NCBI GenBank assembly: GCA_964016885.1
Contig: OZ024741.1
Coordinates: 4,216,001-4,280,000 of the forward strand
Origin: Eledone cirrhosa
Taxonomy: Eukaryota
Direction: 5' to 3'
DNA: 64,000 nucleotides
The position numbers were made by a program, and so were the translations under genes. The notes under the pieces are model-generated. The model worked only from the letters and a program-made list of their open reading frames with translations, did no database searches and had not been told where the DNA came from. Shown here one piece after another: positions 40,301-55,700 of this stretch (the first letter of the stretch is position 1; each line of letters begins with the position of its first letter).

Positions 40301-43300
40301 ACTGTTGTAGTATCAGAGATAGTTGGTGTGATGTAGGAACTAGTAACCTACTGTTGGACTATCAGAGATAGTTGGTGTGATGTAGGAACTAGTAACCTAC
40401 TGTAGGACTATCAGAGATAGTTGGTGTGATGTAGGAACTAGTAACCTACTGTAGGACTATCAGAGATAGTTGGTGTGATGTAGGAACTAGTAGCCTGCTG
40501 TAGGACTATAAGAGATAGTTGGTGTGATGTAGGAACTAGTAACCTACTGTTGGACTATCAGAGATAGTTGGTGTAATGTAAGAACTAGTAACCTACTGTA
40601 GGACTATCAGAGATAGTTATTGTGATCTAAGAACTAATAAACTAGTGTTGGACTATCAGAGATAGTTGGTGTGATGTAGGAACTAGTAATCTACTGTAGG
40701 ACTATCAGAGATAGTTGTTGTGATGTATGAACTAGTAACCTACTGTTGGACTATCAGAGATAGCTGGTGATGTAGGAACTAGTAACCTACTGTAGGACTA
40801 TCAGAGATAGTTACTGTGATGTAGGAACTAGTAACCTAATGTAGGACTATCAGAGATAGTTTCTGTGATGTAAGAACTAGTAACCTACTGTAGGACTATC
40901 AGAGATAGTTGGTGTGATGTAGGAACTAGTAACCTACTGTAGGACTATCAGTGATAGTTGTTGTGATGTATGAACTAGTAACCTACTGTTGGACTATCAG
41001 AGATAGTTACTGTCATGTAGGAACTAGTAACCTACTGTAGGACTATCAGAGATAGTTGCTGTGATGCAGGAACTAGTAACCTACTGTAGGCCTATCAGAG
41101 ATAGTTACTGTGATATAGGAACTAGTAACCTACTGTTGGACTATCAGAGATAGTTACTGTGATGTAAGAACTAATAACCTACTGTATGACTATCAGAGAT
41201 AGTTGGTGTGATGTAGGAACTAGTAACCTACTGTAGGACTATGAGAGATAGTTGCTGTGATGTAGGAACTAGTAACCTACCGTAGGACTATCAGAGATAG
41301 TACTGTGATATAGGAACTAGTAACCTACTGTTGGACTATCAGAGATAGTTACTGTGATGTAGGAACTAGTAACCTAATGTAGGACTATCAGAGATAGTTT
41401 CTGTGATGTAAGAACTAGTAACCTACTGTAGGACTATCAGAGATAGTTACTGTCATGTAGGAACTAGTAACCTACTGTAGGACTATCAGAGATAGTTGCT
41501 GTGATGCAGGAACTAGTAACCTACTGTAGGCCTATCAGAGATAGTTACTGTGATATAGGAACTAGTAACCTACTATAGGACTATCAGAGATAGTTACTGT
41601 GATGTAAGAACTAGTAACCTACTGTAGGACTATCAGAGATAGTTACTGTGATGTAGGAACTACTAACCTACAGTAGGACTATCAGAGATATTTACTGTAA
41701 TGAAGAACTAGTAACCTACTGTTGGACTATCGGAGATAGTTACCGGGATGTAGGAACTAGTAACCTACTGTTGTAGTATCAGAGATAGTTGGTGTGATGT
41801 AGGAACTAGTAACCTACTGTTGGACTATCAGAGATAGTTGGTGTGATGTAGGAACTAGTAACCTACTGTAGGACTATCAGAGATAGTTGGTGTGATGTAG
41901 GAACTAGTAACCTACTGTAGGACTATCAGAGATAGTTGGTGTGATGTAGGAACTAGTAGCCTGCTGTAGGACTATAAGAGATAGTTGGTGTGATGTAAGG
42001 ACTAGTAACCTACTGTAGGATTATCAGAGATAGTTGGTGTGATGTAGGAACTAGTAACCTACTGTTGGACTATCAGAGATAGTTGGTGTAATGTAAGAAC
42101 TAGTAACCTACTGTAGGACTATCAGAGATAGTTATTGTGATCTAAGAACTAATAAACTAGTGTTGGACTATCAGAGATAGTTGGTGTGATGTAGGAACTA
42201 GTAATCTACTGTAGGACTATCAGAGATAGTTGTTGTGATGTATGAACTAGTAACCTACTGTTGGACTATCAGAGATAGCTGGTGATGTAGGAACTAGTAA
42301 CCTACTGTAGGACTATCAGAGATAGTTACTGTGATGTAGGAACTAGTAACCTATTGTAGGACTATCAGAGATAGTTTCTGTGATGTAAGAACTAGTAACC
42401 TACTGTAGGACTATCAGAGATAGTTGGTGTGATGTAGGAACTAGTAACCTACTGTAGGACTATCAGTGATAGTTGTTGTGATGTATGAACTAGTAACCTA
42501 CTGTTGGACTATCAGAGATAGTTACTGTCATGTAGGAACTAGTAACCTACTGTAGGACTATCAGAGATAGTTGCTGTGATGCAGGAACTAGTAACCTACT
42601 GTAGGCCTATCAGAGATAGTTACTGTGATATAGGAACTAGTAACCTACTGTTGGACTATCAGAGATAGTTACTGTGATGTAAGAACTAATAACCTACTGT
42701 ATGACTATCAGAGATAGTTGGTGTGATGTAGGAACTAGTAACCTACTGTAGGACTATGAGAGATAGTTGCTGTGATGCAGGAACTAGTAACCTACCGTAG
42801 GACTATCAGAGATAGTACTGTGATATAGGAACTAGTAACCTACTGTTGGACTATCAGAGATAGTTACCGTGATGTAGGAACTAGTGACCTACTGTTGGAC
42901 AATCAGAGATAATTACTGTGATGTAGGAACTAGTAACCTACTTTAGGACTATCAGAGATAGTTACTGTGATGTAGGAACTAGTAACCTAATGTAGGACTA
43001 TCAGAGATAGTTACTGTGATGTAAGAACTAGTAACCTACTGTAGGACTATCAGAGATAGTTACTGTGATGTAGGAACTAGTAACCTACTGTTGGACTATC
43101 AGAGATAGTTACTGTGATGTAGGAACTAGTAACCTAGTGTAGGACTATCAGAGATAGTTACTGTGATGTAGGAACTAGTAACCTACTGTAGGCCTATCAG
43201 AGATAGTTGGTGTGATGAAGGATCTAGTAACCTACTGTTGGACTATCAGAGATAGTTACTGTGATGTAGGAACTAGTAACCTACTGTTGGACTATCAGAG

Positions 43301-43750
43301 ATAGTTGGTGTGATGTAGAAACTAGTAACCTACTGTTGGACTATCAGAGATAGTTACTGTGATGTAGGAACTAGTAACCTACTGTAGGACTATCAGAGAT
43401 AGTTACTGTGATGTAGGAACTAGTAACCTACTGTAGGACTATCAGAGATAGTTACTGTGATGTAGGAACTAGTAACCTACTGTTGGACTATCAGAGATAG
43501 TTACTGTGATGTAGGAACTAGTAACCTTGTGTAAAACTATCAGAGATAGTTACTGTGATGTAAGAACTAGTAACCTACTGTTGGCCTATGAGAGATAGTT
43601 ACTGTGATGTAGGAAATAGTAATCTACTGTAGGACTATCATAGATAGTTACTGGGATGTAGGAACTAGTAACCTACTGTTGGACTATCAGTGATAGTTAT
43701 TGGGATGTAGGAAATAGTAATCTACTGTTGGACTATCAGAGATAGTTACT
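31400..43750. repeat. Tandem duplication, about 6.1-6.2 kb (125-127 monomer) period, each copy containing an internal 30-32-monomer duplication
   Basis: ACAGTTAGAC 31781/37998 (6217), GCCTGCTG 34277/40493 (6216) and 35841/41959 (6118), CTTTAGGA 36823/42941 (6118). Internal repeat GCCTGCTG 34277/35841 (1564 = 32x49-4). Confidence 0.9.
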
Positions 43751-46700
43751 GTGATGTAGGAACTAGTAACCTACTGTAGGACTATCAGAGATAGTTACTG
43801 TGATGTAGGAACTAGTAACCTAATGTAGGACTATCAGAGATAGTTACTGTGATGTAAGAACTAGTAACCTACTGTAGGACTATCAGAGATAGTTACTGTG
43901 ATGTAGGAACTAGTAACCTACTGTTGGACTATCAGAGATAGTTACTGTGATGTAGGAACTAGTAACCTAGTGTAGGACTATCAGAGATAGTTACTGTGAT
44001 GTAGGAACTAGTAACCTACTGTAGGACTATCAGAGATAGTTGGTGTGATGTAGGAACTAGTAGCCTGCTGTAGGACTATAAAAGATAGTTGGTGTGATGT
44101 AAGAACTAGTAACCTACTGTAAGATTATCAGAGATAGTAGGTGAGATGTAGGAACTAGTAATCTACTGTAGGACTATCAGAGATAGTTGGTGATGTAGGA
44201 ACTAGTAACCTACTGTAGGACTATCAGAGATAGTTACTGTGATGTAGGAACTAGTAAACTAATGTAGGACTATCAGAGATAGTTGGTGTGATGTAGGAAC
44301 TAGTAATCTACTGTAGGACTATCAGAGATAGTTGGTGATGTAGGAACTAGTAACCTAATGTAGGACTATCAGAGATAGTTACTGTGATGTAAGAACTAGT
44401 AACCTACTGTAGGACTATCAGAGATAGTTGTTGTGATGTATGAACTAGTAACCTACTGTTGGACTATCAGAGATAGTTCCTGTCATGTAGGAACTAGTAA
44501 CCTACTGTAGGACTATCAGAGATAGTTGCTGTGATGCAGGAACTAGTAACCTACTGTTGGACTATCAGAGATAGTTACTGTGATGTAGGATCTAGTAACC
44601 TACTGTAGGACTATCAGAGATAGTTACTGTGATGTAGGAACTAGTAACCTACTGTAGGACTATCAGAGATAGTTACTGTGATGTAGGAACTAGTAACCTA
44701 CTGTTGGACTATCAGAGATAGTTACTGTGATGTAGGAACTAGTAACCTTGCGTAAAACTATCAGAGATAGTTACTATGATGTAAGAACTAGTAACCTACT
44801 GTTGGACTATCAGAGATAGTTACTGGGATGTAGGAAATAGTAATCTACTGTTGGACTATCAGAGATAGTTACTGGGATGTAGGAACTAGTAACCTACTGT
44901 TGGACTATCAGAGATAGTTACTGGGATGTAGGAAATAGTAATCTACTGTTGGACTATCAGAGATAGTTACTGTAATGTAGGAACTAGTAACCTACTGTAG
45001 GACTATCAGAGATAGTTGCTGTGATGCAGGAACTAGTAACCTACTGTAGGACTATCAGAGATAGTTTCTGTGATGTAGGAACTAGTAACCTACTGTAGGA
45101 CTGTCAGAGATAGTTACTGTGATGTAGCAACTAGTAATCTACTGTTGGACTATCAGAGATAGTTACTGTGATGTAGGAACTAGTAACCTACTATAGGACA
45201 ATCAGAGATAGTTACTGTGATGTAAGAAGTAGTAACCTACTGTAGGACTATCAGAGATAGTTACTGTGATGTAGGAACTAGTAACCTACTGTGGGACTAT
45301 CAGAGATATTTACTGTAATGTAAGAACTAGTAACCTAGTGTTGGACTATCGGAGATAGTTACCGGGATGTAGGAACTAGTAACCTACTGTTGTAGTATCA
45401 GAGATAGTTGGTGTGATGTAGGAACTAGTAACCTACTGTTGGACTATCAGAGATAGTTGGTGTGATGTAGGAACTAGTAACCTACTGTAGGACTATCAGA
45501 GATAGTTGGTGTGATGTAGGAACTAGTAAACTAATGTAGGACTATCAGAGATAGTTGGTGATGTAGGAACTAGTAACCTAATGTAGGACTATCAGAGATA
45601 GTTACTGTGATGTAAGAACTAGTAACCTACTGTAGGACTATCAGAGATAGTTGTTGTGATGTATGAACTAGTAACCTACTGTTGGACTATCAGAGATAGT
45701 TCCTGTCATGTAGGAACTAGTAACCTACTGTAGGACTATCAGAGATAGTTGCTGTGATGCAGGAACTAGTAACCTACTGTAGGCCTATCAGAGATAGTTA
45801 CTGTGATATAGGAACTAGTAACCTACTGTTGGACTATCAGAGATAGTTACTGTGATGTAGTAACTCGTAACCTACTGTATGACTATCAGAGATAGTTGGT
45901 GTGATGTAGGAACTAGTAACCTACTGTAGGACTATGAGAGATAGTTGCTGTGATGCAGGAACTAGTAACCTAATGTAGGATTATTAGAGATAGTTACTGT
46001 TATGTAAGAACTAGTAACCTACCGTAGGACAATCAGAGATAGTTAATGTGATATAGGAACTAGTAACCTACTGTTGGACTATCAGAGATAGTTACCGTGA
46101 TGTAGGAACTAGTGACCTACTGTTGGACAATCAGAGATAATTACTGTGATGTAGGAATTAGTAACCTACTGTAGGACTATCAGAGATAGTTACTGTGATG
46201 TAGGAACTAGTAACCTAATGTAGGACTATCAGAGATAGTTACTGTGATGTAGGAACTAGTAACCTACTGTAGGACTATCAGAGATAGTTACTGTGATGTA
46301 GGAACTAGTAACCTACTGTAGGACTATCAGAGATAGTTACTGTGATGTAGGAACTAGTAACCTACTGTTGGACTATCAGAGATAGTTACTGTGATGTAAG
46401 AACTAGTAACCTACTGTAGGACTATCAGAGATAGTTACTGTGATGTAGGAACTAGTAACCTACTGTTGGACTATCAGAGATAGTTACTGTGATGTAGGAA
46501 CTAGTAACCTAGTGTAGGACTATCAGAGATAGTTACTGTGATGTAGGAACTAGTAACCTACTGTAGGCCTATCAGAGATAGTTGGTGTGATGAAGGATCT
46601 AGTAACCTACTGTTGGACTATCAGAGATAGTTACTGTGATGTAGGAACTAGTAACCTACTGTTGGACTATCAGAGATAGTTGGTGTGATGTAGAAACTAG

Positions 46701-49700
46701 TAACCTACTGTTGGACTATCAGAGATAGTTACTGTGATGTAGGAACTAGTAACCTACTGTAGGACTATCAGAGATAGTTACTGTGATGTAGGAACGAGTA
46801 ACCTACTGTAGGACTATCAGAGATAGTTACTGAGATGTAGGAACTAGTAACCTACTGTTGGACTATCAGAGATAGTTACTGTGATGTAGGAACTAGTAAC
46901 CTTGGGTAAAACTATCAGAGATAGTTACTGTGATGTAAGAACTAGTAACCTACTGTTGGCCTATGAGAGATAGTTACTGTGATGTAGGAAATAGTAATCT
47001 ACTGTAGGACTATCATAGATAGTTACTGGGATGTAGGAACTAGTAACCTACTGTTGGACTATCAGTGATAGTTATTGGGATGTAGGAAATAGTAATCTAC
47101 TGTTGGACTATCAGAGATAGTTACTGTGATGTAGGAACTAGTAACCTACTGTAGGACTATCAGAGATAGTTACTGTGATGTAGGAACTAGTAACCTAATG
47201 TAGGACTATCAGAGATAGTTACTGTGATGTAAGAACTAGTAACCTACTGTAGGACTATCAGAGATAGTTACTGTGATGTAGGAACTAGTAACCTACTGTT
47301 GGACTATCAGAGATAGTTACTGTGATGTAGGAACTAGTAACCTAGTGTAGGACTATCAGAGATAGTTACTGTGATGTAGGAACTAGTAACCTACTGTAGG
47401 ACTATCAGAGATAGTTGGTGTGATGTAGGAACTAGTAGCCTGCTGTAGGACTATAAAAGATAGTTGGTGTGATGTAAGAACTAGTAACCTACTGTAAGAT
47501 TATCAGAGATAGTAGGTGAGATGTAGGAACTAGTAATCTACTGTAGGACTATCAGAGATAGTTGGTGATGTAGGAACTAGTAACCTACTGTAGGACTATC
47601 AGAGATAGTTACTGTGATGTAGGAACTAGTAAACTAATGTAGGACTATCAGAGATAGTTGGTGTGATGTAGGAACTAGTAATCTACTGTAGGACTATCAG
47701 AGATAGTTGGTGATGTAGGAACTAGTAACCTAATGTAGGACTATCAGAGATAGTTACTGTGATGTAAGAACTAGTAACCTACTGTAGGACTATCAGAGAT
47801 AGTTGTTGTGATGTATGAACTAGTAACCTACTGTTGGACTATCAGAGATAGTTGTTGTGATGTATGAACTAGTAACCTACTGTTGGACTATCAGAGATAG
47901 TTCCTGTCATGTAGGAACTAGTAACCTACTGTAGGACTATCAGAGATAGTTGCTGTGATGCAGGAACTAGTAACCTACTGTTGGACTATCAGAGATAGTT
48001 ACTGTGATGTAGGATCTAGTAACCTACTGTAGGACTATCAGAGATAGTTACTGTGATGTAGGAACTAGTAACCTACTGTAGGACTATCAGAGATAGTTAC
48101 TGTGATGTAGGAACTAGTAACCTACTGTTGGACTATCAGAGATAGTTACTGTGATGTAGGAACTAGTAACCTTGCGTAAAACTATCAGAGATAGTTACTA
48201 TGATGTAAGAACTAGTAACCTACTGTTGGACTATCAGAGATAGTTACTGGGATGTAGGAAATAGTAATCTACTGTTGGACTATCAGAGATAGTTACTGGG
48301 ATGTAGGAACTAGTAACCTACTGTTGGACTATCAGAGATAGTTACTGGGATGTAGGAAATAGTAATCTACTGTTGGACTATCAGAGATAGTTACTGTAAT
48401 GTAGGAACTAGTAACCTACTGTAGGACTATCAGAGATAGTTGCTGTGATGCAGGAACTAGTAACCTACTGTAGGACTATCAGAGATAGTTTCTGTGATGT
48501 AGGAACTAGTAACCTACTGTAGGACTGTCAGAGATAGTTACTGTGATGTAGCAACTAGTAATCTACTGTTGGACTATCAGAGATAGTTACTGTGATGTAG
48601 GAACTAGTAACCTACTATAGGACAATCAGAGATAGTTACTGTGATGTAAGAAGTAGTAACCTACTGTAGGACTATCAGAGATAGTTACTGTGATGTAGGA
48701 ACTAGTAACCTACTGTGGGACTATCAGAGATATTTACTGTAATGTAAGAACTAGTAACCTAGTGTTGGACTATCGGAGATAGTTACCGGGATGTAGGAAC
48801 TAGTAACCTACTGTTGTAGTATCAGAGATAGTTGGTGTGATGTAGGAACTAGTAACCTACTGTTGGACTATCAGAGATAGTTGGTGTGATGTAGGAACTA
48901 GTAACCTACTGTAGGACTATCAGAGATAGTTGGTGTGATGTAGGAACTAGTAAACTAATGTAGGACTATCAGAGATAGTTGGTGATGTAGGAACTAGTAA
49001 CCTAATGTAGGACTATCAGAGATAGTTACTGTGATGTAAGAACTAGTAACCTACTGTAGGACTATCAGAGATAGTTGTTGTGATGTATGAACTAGTAACC
49101 TACTGTTGGACTATCAGAGATAGTTCCTGTCATGTAGGAACTAGTAACCTACTGTAGGACTATCAGAGATAGTTGCTGTGATGCAGGAACTAGTAACCTA
49201 CTGTAGGCCTATCAGAGATAGTTACTGTGATATAGGAACTAGTAACCTACTGTTGGACTATCAGAGATAGTTACTGTGATGTAGTAACTCGTAACCTACT
49301 GTATGACTATCAGAGATAGTTGGTGTGATGTAGGAACTAGTAACCTACTGTAGGACTATGAGAGATAGTTGCTGTGATGCAGGAACTAGTAACCTAATGT
49401 AGGATTATTAGAGATAGTTACTGTTATGTAAGAACTAGTAACCTACCGTAGGACAATCAGAGATAGTTAATGTGATATAGGAACTAGTAACCTACTGTTG
49501 GACTATCAGAGATAGTTACCGTGATGTAGGAACTAGTGACCTACTGTTGGACAATCAGAGATAATTACTGTGATGTAGGAATTAGTAACCTACTGTAGGA
49601 CTATCAGAGATAGTTACTGTGATGTAGGAACTAGTAACCTAATGTAGGACTATCAGAGATAGTTACTGTGATGTAGGAACTAGTAACCTACTGTAGGACT

Positions 49701-52700
49701 ATCAGAGATAGTTACTGTGATGTAGGAACTAGTAACCTACTGTAGGACTATCAGAGATAGTTACTGTGATGTAGGAACTAGTAACCTACTGTTGGACTAT
49801 CAGAGATAGTTACTGTGATGTAAGAACTAGTAACCTACTGTAGGACTATCAGAGATAGTTACTGTGATGTAGGAACTAGTAACCTACTGTTGGACTATCA
49901 GAGATAGTTACTGTGATGTAGGAACTAGTAACCTAGTGTAGGACTATCAGAGATAGTTACTGTGATGTAGGAACTAGTAACCTACTGTAGGCCTATCAGA
50001 GATAGTTGGTGTGATGAAGGATCTAGTAACCTACTGTTGGACTATCAGAGATAGTTACTGTGATGTAGGAACTAGTAACCTACTGTTGGACTATCAGAGA
50101 TAGTTGGTGTGATGTAGAAACTAGTAACCTACTGTTGGACTATCAGAGATAGTTACTGTGATGTAGGAACTAGTAACCTACTGTAGGACTATCAGAGATA
50201 GTTACTGTGATGTAGGAACTAGTAACCTACTGTAGGACTATCAGAGATAGTTACTGAGATGTAGGAACTAGTAACCTACTGTTGGACTATCAGAGATAGT
50301 TACTGTGATGTAGGAACTAGTAACCTTGGGTAAAACTATCAGAGATAGTTACTGTGATGTAAGAACTAGTAACCTACTGTTGGCCTATGAGAGATAGTTA
50401 CTGTGATGTAGGAAATAGTAATCTACTGTAGGACTATCATAGATAGTTACTGGGATGTAGGAACTAGTAACCTACTGTTGGACTATCAGTGATAGTTATT
50501 GGGATGTAGGAAATAGTAATCTACTGTTGGACTATCAGAGATAGTTACTGTGATGTAGGAACTAGTAACCTACTGTAGGACTATCAGAGATAGTTACTGT
50601 GATGTAGGAACTAGTAACCTAATGTAGGACTATCAGAGATAGTTACTGTGATGTAAGAACTAGTAACCTACTGTAGGACTATCAGAGATAGTTACTGTGA
50701 TGTAGGAACTAGTAACCTACTGTTGGACTATCAGAGATAGTTACTGTGATGTAGGAACTAGTAACCTAGTGTAGGACTATCAGAGATAGTTACTGTGATG
50801 TAGGAACTAGTAACCTACTGTAGGACTATCAGAGATAGTTGGTGTGATGTAGGAACTAGTAGCCTGCTGTAGGACTATAAAAGATAGTTGGTGTGATGTA
50901 AGAACTAGTAACCTACTGTAAGATTATCAGAGATAGTAGGTGAGATGTAGGAACTAGTAATCTACTGTAGGACTATCAGAGATAGTTGGTGATGTAGGAA
51001 CTAGTAACCTACTGTAGGACTATCAGAGATAGTTACTGTGATGTAGGAACTAGTAAACTAATGTAGGACTATCAGAGATAGTTGGTGTGATGTAGGAACT
51101 AGTAATCTACTGTAGGACTATCAGAGATAGTTGGTGATGTAGGAACTAGTAACCTAATGTAGGACTATCAGAGATAGTTACTGTGATGTAAGAACTAGTA
51201 ACCTACTGTAGGACTATCAGAGATAGTTGTTGTGATGTATGAACTAGTAACCTACTGTTGGACTATCAGAGATAGTTCCTGTCATGTAGGAACTAGTAAC
51301 CTACTGTAGGACTATCAGAGATAGTTGCTGTGATGCAGGAACTAGTAACCTACTGTAGGACTATCAGAGATAGTTTCTGTGATGTAGGAACTAGTAAACT
51401 ACTGTAGGACTGTCAGAGATAGTTACTGTGATGTAGCAACTAGTAATCTACTGTTGGACTATCAGAGATAGTTACTGTGATGTAGGAACTAGTAACCTAC
51501 TATAGGACAATCAGAGATAGTTACTGTGATGTAAGAAGTAGTAACCTACTGTAGGACTATCATAGATAGTTACTGTGATGTAGGAACTAGTAACCTACTG
51601 TGGGACTATCAGAGATATTTACTGTAATGTAAGAACTAGTAACCTAGTGTTGGACTATCGGAGATAGTTACCGGGATGTAGGAACTAGTAACCTACTGTT
51701 GTAGTATCAGAGATAGTTGGTGTGATGTAGGAACTAGTAACCTACTGTTGGACTATCAGAGATAGTTGGTGTGATGTAGGAACTAGTAACCTACTGTAGG
51801 ACTATCAGAGATAGTTGGTGTGATGTAGGAACTAGTAAACTAATGTAGGACTATCAGAGATAGTTGGTGATGTAGGAACTAGTAACCTAATGTAGGACTA
51901 TCAGAGATAGTTACTGTGATGTAAGAACTAGTAACCTACTGTAGGACTATCAGAGATAGTTGTTGTGATGTATGAACTAGTAACCTACTGTTGGACTATC
52001 AGAGATAGTTCCTGTCATGTAGGAACTAGTAACCTACTGTAGGACTATCAGAGATAGTTGCTGTGATGCAGGAACTAGTAACCTACTGTAGGCCTATCAG
52101 AGATAGTTACTGTGATATAGGAACTAGTAACCTAATGTAGGATTATTAGAGATAGTTACTGTTATGTAAGAACTAGTAACCTACCGTAGGACAATCAGAG
52201 ATAGTTAATGTGATATAGGAACTAGTAACCTACTGTTGGACTATCAGAGATAGTTACCATGATGTAGGAACTAGTGACCTACTGTTGGACAATCAGAGAT
52301 AATTACTGTGATGTAGGAATTAGTAACCTACTGTAGGACTATCAGAGATAGTTACTGTGATGTAGGAACTAGTAACCTAAAGTAGGACTATCAGAGATAG
52401 TTACTGTGATGTAGGAACTAGTAACCTACTGTAGGACTATCAGAGATAGTTACTGTGATGTAGGAACTAGTAACCTACTGTAGGACTATCAGAGATAGTT
52501 ACTGTGATGTAGGAACTAGTAACCTACTGTTGGACTATCAGAGATAGTTACTGTGATGTAAGAACTAGTAACCTACTGTAGGACTATCAGAGATAGTTAC
52601 TGTGATGTAGGAACTAGTAACCTACTGTTGGACTATCAGAGATAGTTACTGTGATGTAGGAACTAGTAACCTAGTGTAGGACTATCAGAGATAGTTACTG

Positions 52701-55700
52701 TGATGTAGGAACTAGTAACCTACTGTAGGCCTATCAGAGATAGTTGGTGTGATGAAGGATCTAGTAACCTACTGTTGGACTATCAGAGATAGTTACTGTG
52801 ATGTAGGAACTAGTAACCTACTGTTGGACTATCAGAGATAGTTGGTGTGATGTAGAAACTAGTAACCTACTGTTGGACTATCAGAGATAGTTACTGTGAT
52901 GTAGGAACTAGTAACCTACTGTAGGACTATCAGAGATAGTTACTGTGATGTAGGAACTAGTAACCTACTGTAGGACTATCAGAGATAGTTACTGAGATGT
53001 AGGAACTAGTAACCTACTGTTGGACTATCAGAGATAGTTACTGTGATGTAGGAACTAGTAACCTTGGGTAAAACTATCAGAGATAGTTACTGTGATGTAA
53101 GAACTAGTAACCTACTGTTGGCCTATGAGAGATAGTTACTGTGATGTAGGAAATAGTAATCTACTGTAGGACTATCATAGATAGTTACTGGGATGTAGGA
53201 ACTAGTAACCTACTGTTGGACTATCAGTGATAGTTATTGGGATGTAGGAAATAGTAATCTACTGTTGGCCTATGAGAGATAGTTACTGTGATGTAGGAAA
53301 TAGTAATCTACTGTAGGACTATCATAGATAGTTACTGGGATGTAGGAACTAGTAACCTACTGTTGGACTATCAGTGATAGTTATTGGGATGTAGGAAATA
53401 GTAATCTACTGTTGGACTATCAGAGATAGTTACTGTGATGTAGGAACTAGTAACCTACTGTAGGACTATCAGAGATAGTTACTGTGATGTAGGAACTAGT
53501 AACCTAATGTAGGACTATCAGAGATAGTTACTGTGATGTAAGAACTAGTAACCTACTGTAGGACTATCAGAGATAGTTACTGTGATGTAGGAACTAGTAA
53601 CCTACTGTTGGACTATCAGAGATAGTTACTGTGATGTAGGAACTAGTAACCTAGTGTAGGACTATCAGAGATAGTTACTGTGATGTAGGAACTAGTAACC
53701 TACTGTAGGACTATCAGAGATAGTTGGTGTGATGTAGGAACTAGTAGCCTGCTGTAGGACTATAAAAGATAGTTGGTGTGATGTAAGAACTAGTAACCTA
53801 CTGTAAGATTATCAGAGATAGTAGGTGAGATGTAGGAACTAGTAATCTACTGTAGGACTATCAGAGATAGTTGGTGATGTAGGAACTAGTAACCTACTGT
53901 AGGACTATCAGAGATAGTTACTGTGATGTAGGAACTAGTAAACTAATGTAGGACTATCAGAGATAGTTGGTGTGATGTAGGAACTAGTAATCTACTGTAG
54001 GACTATCAGAGATAGTTGGTGATGTAGGAACTAGTAACCTAATGTAGGACTATCAGAGATAGTTACTGTGATGTAAGAACTAGTAACCTACTGTAGGACT
54101 ATCAGAGTTAGTTGTTGTGATGTATGAACTAGTAACCTACTGTTGGACTATCAGAGATAGTTCCTGTCATGTAGGAACTAGTAACCTACTGTAGGACTAT
54201 CAGAGATAGTTGCTGTGATGCAGGAACTAGTAACCTACTGTAGGACTATCAGAGATAGTTTCTGTGATGTAGGAACTAGTAACCTACTGTAGGACTGTCA
54301 GAGATAGTTACTGTGATGTAGCAACTAGTAATCTACTGTTGGACTATCAGAGATAGTTACTGTGATGTAGGAACTAGTAACCTACTATAGGACAATCAGA
54401 GATAGTTACTGTGATGTAAGAAGTAGTAACCTACTGTAGGACTATCATAGATAGTTACTGTGATGTAGGAACTAGTAACCTACTGTGGGACTATCAGAGA
54501 TATTTACTGTAATGTAAGAACTAGTAACCTAGTGTTGGACTATCGGAGATAGTTACCGGGATGTAGGAACTAGTAACCTACTGTTGTAGTATCAGAGATA
54601 GTTGGTGTGATGTAGGAACTAGTAACCTACTGTTGGACTATCAGAGATAGTTGGTGTGATGTAGGAACTAGTAACCTACTGTAGGACTATCAGAGATAGT
54701 TGGTGTGATGTAGGAACTAGTAAACTAATGTAGGACTATCAGAGATAGTTGGTGATGTAGGAACTAGTAACCTAATGTAGGACTATCAGAGATAGTTACT
54801 GTGATGTAAGAACTAGTAACCTACTGTAGGACTATCAGAGATAGTTGTTGTGATGTATGAACTAGTAACCTACTGTTGGACTATCAGAGATAGTTCCTGT
54901 CATGTAGGAACTAGTAACCTACTGTAGGACTATCAGAGATAGTTGCTGTGATGCAGGAACTAGTAACCTACTGTAGGCCTATCAGAGATAGTTACTGTGA
55001 TATAGGAACTAGTAACCTACTGTTGGACTATCAGAGATAGTTACTGTGATGTAGTAACTCGTAACCTACTGTATGACTATCAGAGATAGTTGGTGTGATG
55101 TAGGAACTAGTAACCTACTGTAGGACTATGAGAGATAGTTGCTGTGATGCAGGAACTAGTAACCTAATGTAGGATTATTAGAGATAGTTACTGTTATGTA
55201 AGAACTAGTAACCTACCGTAGGACAATCAGAGATAGTTAATGTGATATAGGAACTAATAACCTACTGTTGGACTATCAGAGATAGTTACCGTGATGTAGG
55301 AACTAGTGACCTACTGTTGGACAATCAGAGATAATTACTGTGATGTAGGAATTAGTAACCTACTGTAGGACTATCAGAGATAGTTACTGTGATGTAGGAA
55401 CTAGTAACCTAATGTAGGACTATCAGAGATAGTTACTGTGATGTAGGAACTAGTAACCTACTGTAGGACTATCAGAGATAGTTACTGTGATGTAGGAACT
55501 AGTAACCTACTGTAGGACTATCAGAGATAGTTACTGTGATGTAGGAACTAGTAACCTACTGTTGGACTATCAGAGATAGTTACTGTGATGTAAGAACTAG
55601 TAACCTACTGTAGGACTATCAGAGATAGTTACTGTGATGTAGGAACTAGTAACCTACTGTTGGACTATCAGAGATAGTTACTGTGATGTAGGAACTAGTA

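Noticed and set aside
45345-45370. CENP-B-box-like TCG...CGGG in variant ATCGGAGATAGTTACCGGGA
   Set aside because: The box requires TTCG-N4-A-N2-CGGG. Here it is ATCG with an 11-nt gap instead of 7.
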